Assembly: GCF_021869535.1 (NCBI RefSeq)
Contig: NW_026262668.1
Coordinates: 16,244,001 to 16,308,000 of the forward strand
DNA from: Mytilus californianus
Lineage: Eukaryota
Length of the DNA stretch: 64,000 nt
Direction of reading: 5' to 3'
The notes beneath the pieces were generated by a model, which saw nothing but the letters and a program-made list of their open reading frames with translations, was not told where the DNA came from and did no database searches. The translations under genes and the position numbers were made by a program. Positions 58,516 to 64,000 of this stretch are shown here, piece by piece. Within the stretch, counting starts at the first letter, position 1, and each line of letters begins with the position of its first letter.

Positions 58516-61500
58516 TGTAGGCTGATATGACAACCTAAATTTGTGTACCTTCAATTGCAGCTGTCTAAAACTATGACCAATCTCTCCAGTTTCTTTTTCG
58601 ATTGATGAATATTATCAACCTATCCAGTCACTCAAAAGTGTTATAGTCAAATTAATACACAACACATAATAAGTAACTGGAAAGGTACAGCAATTGCTGA
58701 AACAAGAAATGTAGATAAATAAATACTCCTTGCACTTTAGTTTTTCATATTAACATGATTAAGTGGACAAGTGAAATTTATATATTTGATCTTAGGTTGA
58801 AATTTTAAAAAAAATGTCTAAATTCCCTTACTCCTAGTTTTTACTTAGAACTAAACAAAAAGTAATCAGGTTGTTTTGAACATAATAAGAGCATATATAT
58901 ATATAAATTATTAATAAAGATACTTCCTTTATTCACAAATTTAAAAAGGACAGAATAAACTTAAAGGGGTACATAACTGGACACTGTAAATGTTAACTAA
59001 CAGAAAGGGTTTGTGGGGCATCACCTGCTCAATTTGCACACCTCTTTGCAGATTTTTACGTCATTATGTCCAAGTTTTCAAGAAGACTTATTAAACCTGA
59101 AATAATTTTTACACTGATAAATTTTGATGTCACATTTGTAAGGCTACACTTATATTTTAGTTAGCCCTTACCCTACCCAAAAGTACATTTTAGAGACAGT
59201 GTGTAGGTTGTAAGGCTTTTTCTTTTTTCTCACAGCAAAGGGAAATTGAAGTGTCAGATGTTTTTCAGTCTTCATGCCTATCAGATTAAAAGAAAACTGT
59301 TTCACATCAGAACAATAAAAGAATTTGGGTAGGCAGCTATGTTTTGAGTACATGTAGGTAGGGTTAGGGCAAACAAACATATATTCTTTTGTATGGTCAA
59401 TGCATTCCTTTAAAAATAAACAGAATGCAAGGATTACTACAAAAAATTTATAAAATCAGTTAAAGTTAATAACCAGATAGCATGTTTAAATGTTATGATA
59501 ATCTTAGATGTCTGTAAAATTGTGTACTGATGTTTTTGTTCAATAATATGAAAGAACCCAGGTTTTTAGTTACATCTAAAGATGTCATAGTTTATATTTA
59601 TGATAGCTTGGAAAATATATATTTATGGATCAATGGGTAATGATTTTCTTCTGAAATTTATATGAACAACGGGTATATATATGTACAGATTCTTGCAAAC
59701 AAAAATACATGTACAATAAATGTATATGATTGGGGTGTCTGGTTTACAACAACAGCCAGATGTCTGTACCAAACCCTGTAACTGTGTGCAAGATGAAACA
59801 AACACCCTAGCCCCACCCCCTTCGACCATATGTTAATGATGGGATCATAGGTAGCAGTAGTCCAGATAATTATGACAAAAAAAAAAAAAAAATAGCATTT
59901 CAAGACATCATAATTATTGGTCTAATCAGTAATTGAGTTAGGCTAAGGTTTGGTTTTACATTGGTTTATTCTGAGACATATATACAAGTGAATATGTGTC
60001 TCTCAAACACTGATTTAGGGGGTGGGCAGGGTGCATTGGACCCCCCTCTTGTAGGGAAAATTGGTGGATATATAGGGCATCACCCAGGCATGACTGGAGC
60101 ATATATAGGGACTGGACTACAGATCAGATATATAGCCAATAAATCGTCTACAGTAGGGGCATACGTTTTTTTAAATGCATGTAGACGATTGACACGCTAT
60201 AATGTATTACATATATTTGACCCGTAGTCAAGACTGAAGTCCCTATGCCATTGACTGGAGCAGCCCCACTCCCCCCCCTTCCTTATGAAAATTTGGATCT
60301 GTTACTGTCGCTGGTTTAATATAGCTCTTCTGTATGTTTTCATATGTAACACATAGGGTAGCCCTCGTATGCATTCGTTGCGTGTAACTCCCCCCTTTTA
60401 ATAATCGTCTTTTGAGTGCCTAGATGCCGTGTTTGTGCACAATATCTAAAGCTGATTCAGTATTCAAAAAACTTATTTTGGTATCGTCTCTGTTCCAGTG
60501 ATATATGCCCTACATCTTGGGAAATATCTAAGAACTTCTGAACATATTTTTGTTTTCCGCTTGCTGATAGTTCTGTGAAATTAGATAATCGCGCCAATGA
60601 CGTGATCCCGTATCCCGCGTTGCTTCATAAAACTCATGAATATTCATACTACCCTAGGCTAGTGATACGTAGAGTCTACCCGGAATTACGCAGTGTCGTC
60701 TAATTTTGGAAATATCTACGTTCAGGGCTGCCTAAATTAAAGAAGTCATTTTTCTGATCGTAATACATGATACTTCCCAATGACCTTTATTTGTAGGGAT
60801 TCGGTCTACAGGGGGATCTGATGAGGCACATTTGTACTTGGATTTATAATGCATTGGTGCAGGAACATATATATGACTGGAGCGGGCCCCCTCTTAAGCA
60901 GTCAGACTGAGAGGGCCCCCTCTTATGAAAATTTCTGGGTCCGACACTGGCAAAAGGTAGTTAAAGCATTTTGTAGTCTGGGGAAAAAAAGTATTTAAAA
61001 GAAAAGGTAGTTAACACATTTATTAGTAACCAACACTTTCAACTTTAGCTTCAAAGAATTAATTAATTTCATCAGAGACATATATACACGTGTATATATG
61101 TCTCTGATTTCATTATTTGAATAAATTATGATTTTTTAAAATGAATATAATATCAAAAGTTGTAACACAGATATTCCAAATCTTTTTACAAAAATCCGCA
61201 TGTGTTTATCTTTTGAAAGAAAAAAGTTAAATATGTATATCCAAAGATAGAAATGTCCAAGAAACCAAAATTTTAGGTAGACCGTATATGTCTAAAATTT
61301 CGACCCCATTTATCTCTAAATTTAGCACACGAAAGGTATATTTTTTATTACACATTTGAATTGACCAAGTGAAAAATAGCTTGTATGCAAATTTTTCGTA
61401 AAAAAATCACAGTGGGATCAAAACTGTTTCGTATGCCCTTAATGTCAATTAAGTGTACTTTTCGGTGCTTTGATTCTATGAATTTGTAGTGTAACTCAAA

Positions 61501-61593
61501 ATTTAGTGTTTTTTTTTTAAAGAATAATTACTACAATTTTAATATATTTATATTTCAATTGATATTATTTACTTGTGTGTATTATTTAAGGAT

Positions 61594-61735
61594 TGACTGT
61601 AATATTTTTTCTGTCTATGAAGAAATAACATAAAAAATGTGGTGCACACTGAATAACCCGCGTAGCGGGTTGTTTTAAAATGTGCACCACATTTTTTTAT
61701 GTTATTTCGAATAGACAGAAAAAATATTACAGTCA
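61594..61735. mobile_element. Long palindromic MITE-like hairpin
   Basis: tgactgtaatattttt..ctgtcta / tagacag..aaatattacagtca, inner gaaataacataaaaaatgtggtgcaca pair, apical aacccgc-gta-gcgggtt. Confidence 0.75.
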
Positions 61736-62239
61736 TTTCTTATAATTTAATTCTAAATTCCATTTTAAACATGAGTAAACCAAGAAAAAACGTTGCTGAT
61801 GTCACGGTCACATGACAAAATTATGTCTATGAGCTGATAAACAAAACAACGTCAGCCAATTAGAAGACGTGTTACATCCAAAATTAAATTATTAATGTTT
61901 TCACCAAAATAATTTCAATTGCTTGTGAATAACATTGTGCCTATAAATTCATATTGTGATTTGAATATTATTTACACAAAATGTGCTATGAAATTAATAA
62001 ATAAAATATTGTTGTATAAACAATTTTCTTTATTTTCTACAAGATTTACCTGGATTTACCTTGGTTCATTAGTTTAGTGTTGTTACAACATAATCCTACA
62101 TAATCCCATATTGTTTACATAAAAATTCTGGGAACTCCAACATAAAATTTTACTGTTTTACCTATAAAATTCAAAATGTAGGAATAGCCAGAATAAACCG
62201 TGTAATATGAAGGTTTTACTATAATTTTCAAATAAAATT

Positions 62240-63487
62240 AACATTATCAATGTAAATGAGGTCAAGGTCAGATTAATCCTGACAGACAGATATGTATACC
62301 TTACAATCATACCATATACAAAGTATAGTTAACCTGTTGCTTATGGTATCTGAGAAACAGACATAATTACGAAAATTGAACATTCAGATGAATGAACAAT
62401 GAAAATAGGGTCAAGGTCAGATAAGCCATGCCTGGCAACATGTATACCATGCAATGATTCCACACACCAAAATATCTGACCTATTGCTAACAGTATCTAT
62501 ATAAATCAAACATAACCATGAAAACTTGACATTAACTAAAGAACCATGAAAATGAGGTCAAGGTCAAACCAGCCCTGCCAGACAGAAATGTACAATATAC
62601 AATCATTTCATACACCCAATATAGTTGAGGTGTTGCTTATAGTATTGGATAAACAGACAAAACCATGAAAAATTAACATTGACCAATGAATCATGAAAAT
62701 GAGGTCAAGGTCAGATGAATCCTGTCAGATGGACATGTACATGTTACCACCATTCTATACAGCTAATATAACTGACCTATTGTTTATAGTATCTGAGAAA
62801 TTGAACAAATCAGAAAAAATAACATTGACCAATGGATAATGAAAATGAGGTCAAAGGTCAGATGAAACCTGCTAGTCAGACATGTACAACTACAATCAAA
62901 TTCCATACATCAAATATAGTTGACCTATTGCTTATAGTCAGGGGTGGATTCAGGCCTAAAATTTGCAAAGCATGGGTTGTCTTCAGCTTATTAAGAATAT
63001 TTCGATAATTTTACCTCCAAAAAAAATTTAACTTTGCACCCCCCTAACCTAAAATCCTGGATCCGCCCCTGATAGTATCTGGGATACGGCCTTGACCACA
63101 TAAATTTAACCTTGATCACTGATCCATGAAATGAGGACATGGTCAAGTGAACCCTGTCTGACAGACATGTATACCTTGCAAGGAACCCATATACAAAATA
63201 TAGTTATCCTATTACTCATAATAAGAGTGACATTAGCATTACAATGAGAAATTCTTATGACAATTTTTTTTTTTTCAAGCAGTTGCTGAACCATGAAAAT
63301 TAGGTCAAAGACAATCGAAATTTGGCAGACAGAAAATTCGTAAAATAAGGCATTTGCATACAAGGGATGAAGCATCGCAGTCTTCTACCTTCTGAAATAT
63401 GAGGCTTTAAATAAATAGTTTACACCATCGCCAGATTGTAACCCCTATGTCTGGCATTGTGCGACTTTCATCGCAGGTGAGACAAAA
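62240..63487 (+). mobile_element. Older HINE-like element with the same ~147-bp satellite core; further fragment at 63600-63870
   Basis: gaggtcaaggtcag units homologous to 33166-34397; degenerate 3' hairpin near 63445-63483. Confidence 0.7.
62939..63071. mobile_element. 133-bp MITE (caggggtggattcagg...cctggatccgcccctg) inserted in a satellite unit
   Basis: 16-bp imperfect TIRs; ATAGT duplicated on both sides (62934-62938, 63072-63076). Confidence 0.8.
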
Positions 63488-64000
63488 ATTATAGAATATT
63501 TTTAATACTTTGTTAAAATGTAGGGTAAATTGTGATATTTTCAAAAATTTTATAAAAGTGCTCGGTCAGAGAGCTTTTTTTCAAGCTAAAGATGGTGAAA
63601 AAATGCCACACTTTGTCCAAAGAACCCTGAAAATGAGGTCAAGGTCAGATGACATCTGCCAGTTTGACATGTACACCATACAATCATTAAATACACCAAA
63701 TGTAGTAGACCTATTGCTTTTAGTATCAGATATATGGACTTGACCATGAAAACTCAACCTTGTTCACTGATCCATGAAATGAGGTCGAGGTCAAGTGAAA
63801 GCTATCCGACAGTCATGAGGACCTTGCAAGGTACTCACAAACCAAATATATCTATCCTATTATACAAATAAAATGCTTCGCTGAGCGCAGCCTGATACAA
63901 CCGCAGAGGTTGAATCCTGAACAGTTGGGGCAAGTTTGGACACAATATTTAAGTTTGATACTGTCTAAATTTGGATTGTGATCAAATTTTTGACATAATA

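Larger units (their letters stand above)
52763..60680. mobile_element. Foldback-type non-autonomous DNA transposon, 7918 bp, ~3.4-kb inverted arms, 9-bp TSD CGGAATTAC
   Basis: 52763-56160 is the near-perfect reverse complement of about 57250-60680; termini GGTAGACTCTAC/GTAGAGTCTACC; CGGAATTAC at 52754-52762 and 60681-60689; mirror ORFs 53220-53486/59961-60227 differ by 2 aa. Confidence 0.95.

Noticed and set aside
53069-60227. Paired mirror ORFs in the foldback arms as possible genes or transposase
   Set aside because: Short, no recognisable domain or DDE motif; the pairing simply reflects the inverted arms
52763-60680. Polinton/Maverick element, or a palindromic read artefact
   Set aside because: Polintons have 6-bp TSDs, AG-type termini and coding interiors; the 9-bp TSD and arm-specific SNPs, indels and array content argue against an artefact

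Overview
AT-rich, intron-containing animal genomic DNA. Its repeat families resemble those of a bivalve, most likely Mytilus (inferred from recognised repeats, not verified). Most of the ORF track is noise from minisatellites and transposon arms. Two convergent spliced genes can be assembled by hand with consistent splice phases. The first (+ strand, 6 coding exons, 5523-13712) encodes a SKAP-like PH-domain adaptor with a long tyrosine-motif tail containing five ITIM-consensus sites. The second (- strand, 10 coding exons, 41766-27438) encodes a 306-aa Lifeguard/TMBIM (Bax inhibitor-1 family) protein. Four structures stand out. (a) Nine minimal type I hammerhead ribozyme motifs lie between 6 and 20 kb, all on the - strand, in at least three retrozyme-like repeat families; their helix III sequence differs between families but stays an 8-nt palindrome. 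(b) A 24-copy, 38-bp minisatellite is built from a Lifeguard exon/intron junction, giving an array of 24 5' splice sites. (c) A young 7.9-kb foldback transposon (52763-60680) has ~3.4-kb inverted arms and a perfect 9-bp target-site duplication, and a motif near its terminus is amplified into internal satellites. (d) A nested transposon stack (45.9-52.5 kb) carries a decayed PHD-finger exon. The remainder is SINEs, MITEs, Helitron-associated satellite carriers, and Penelope and LINE fragments.
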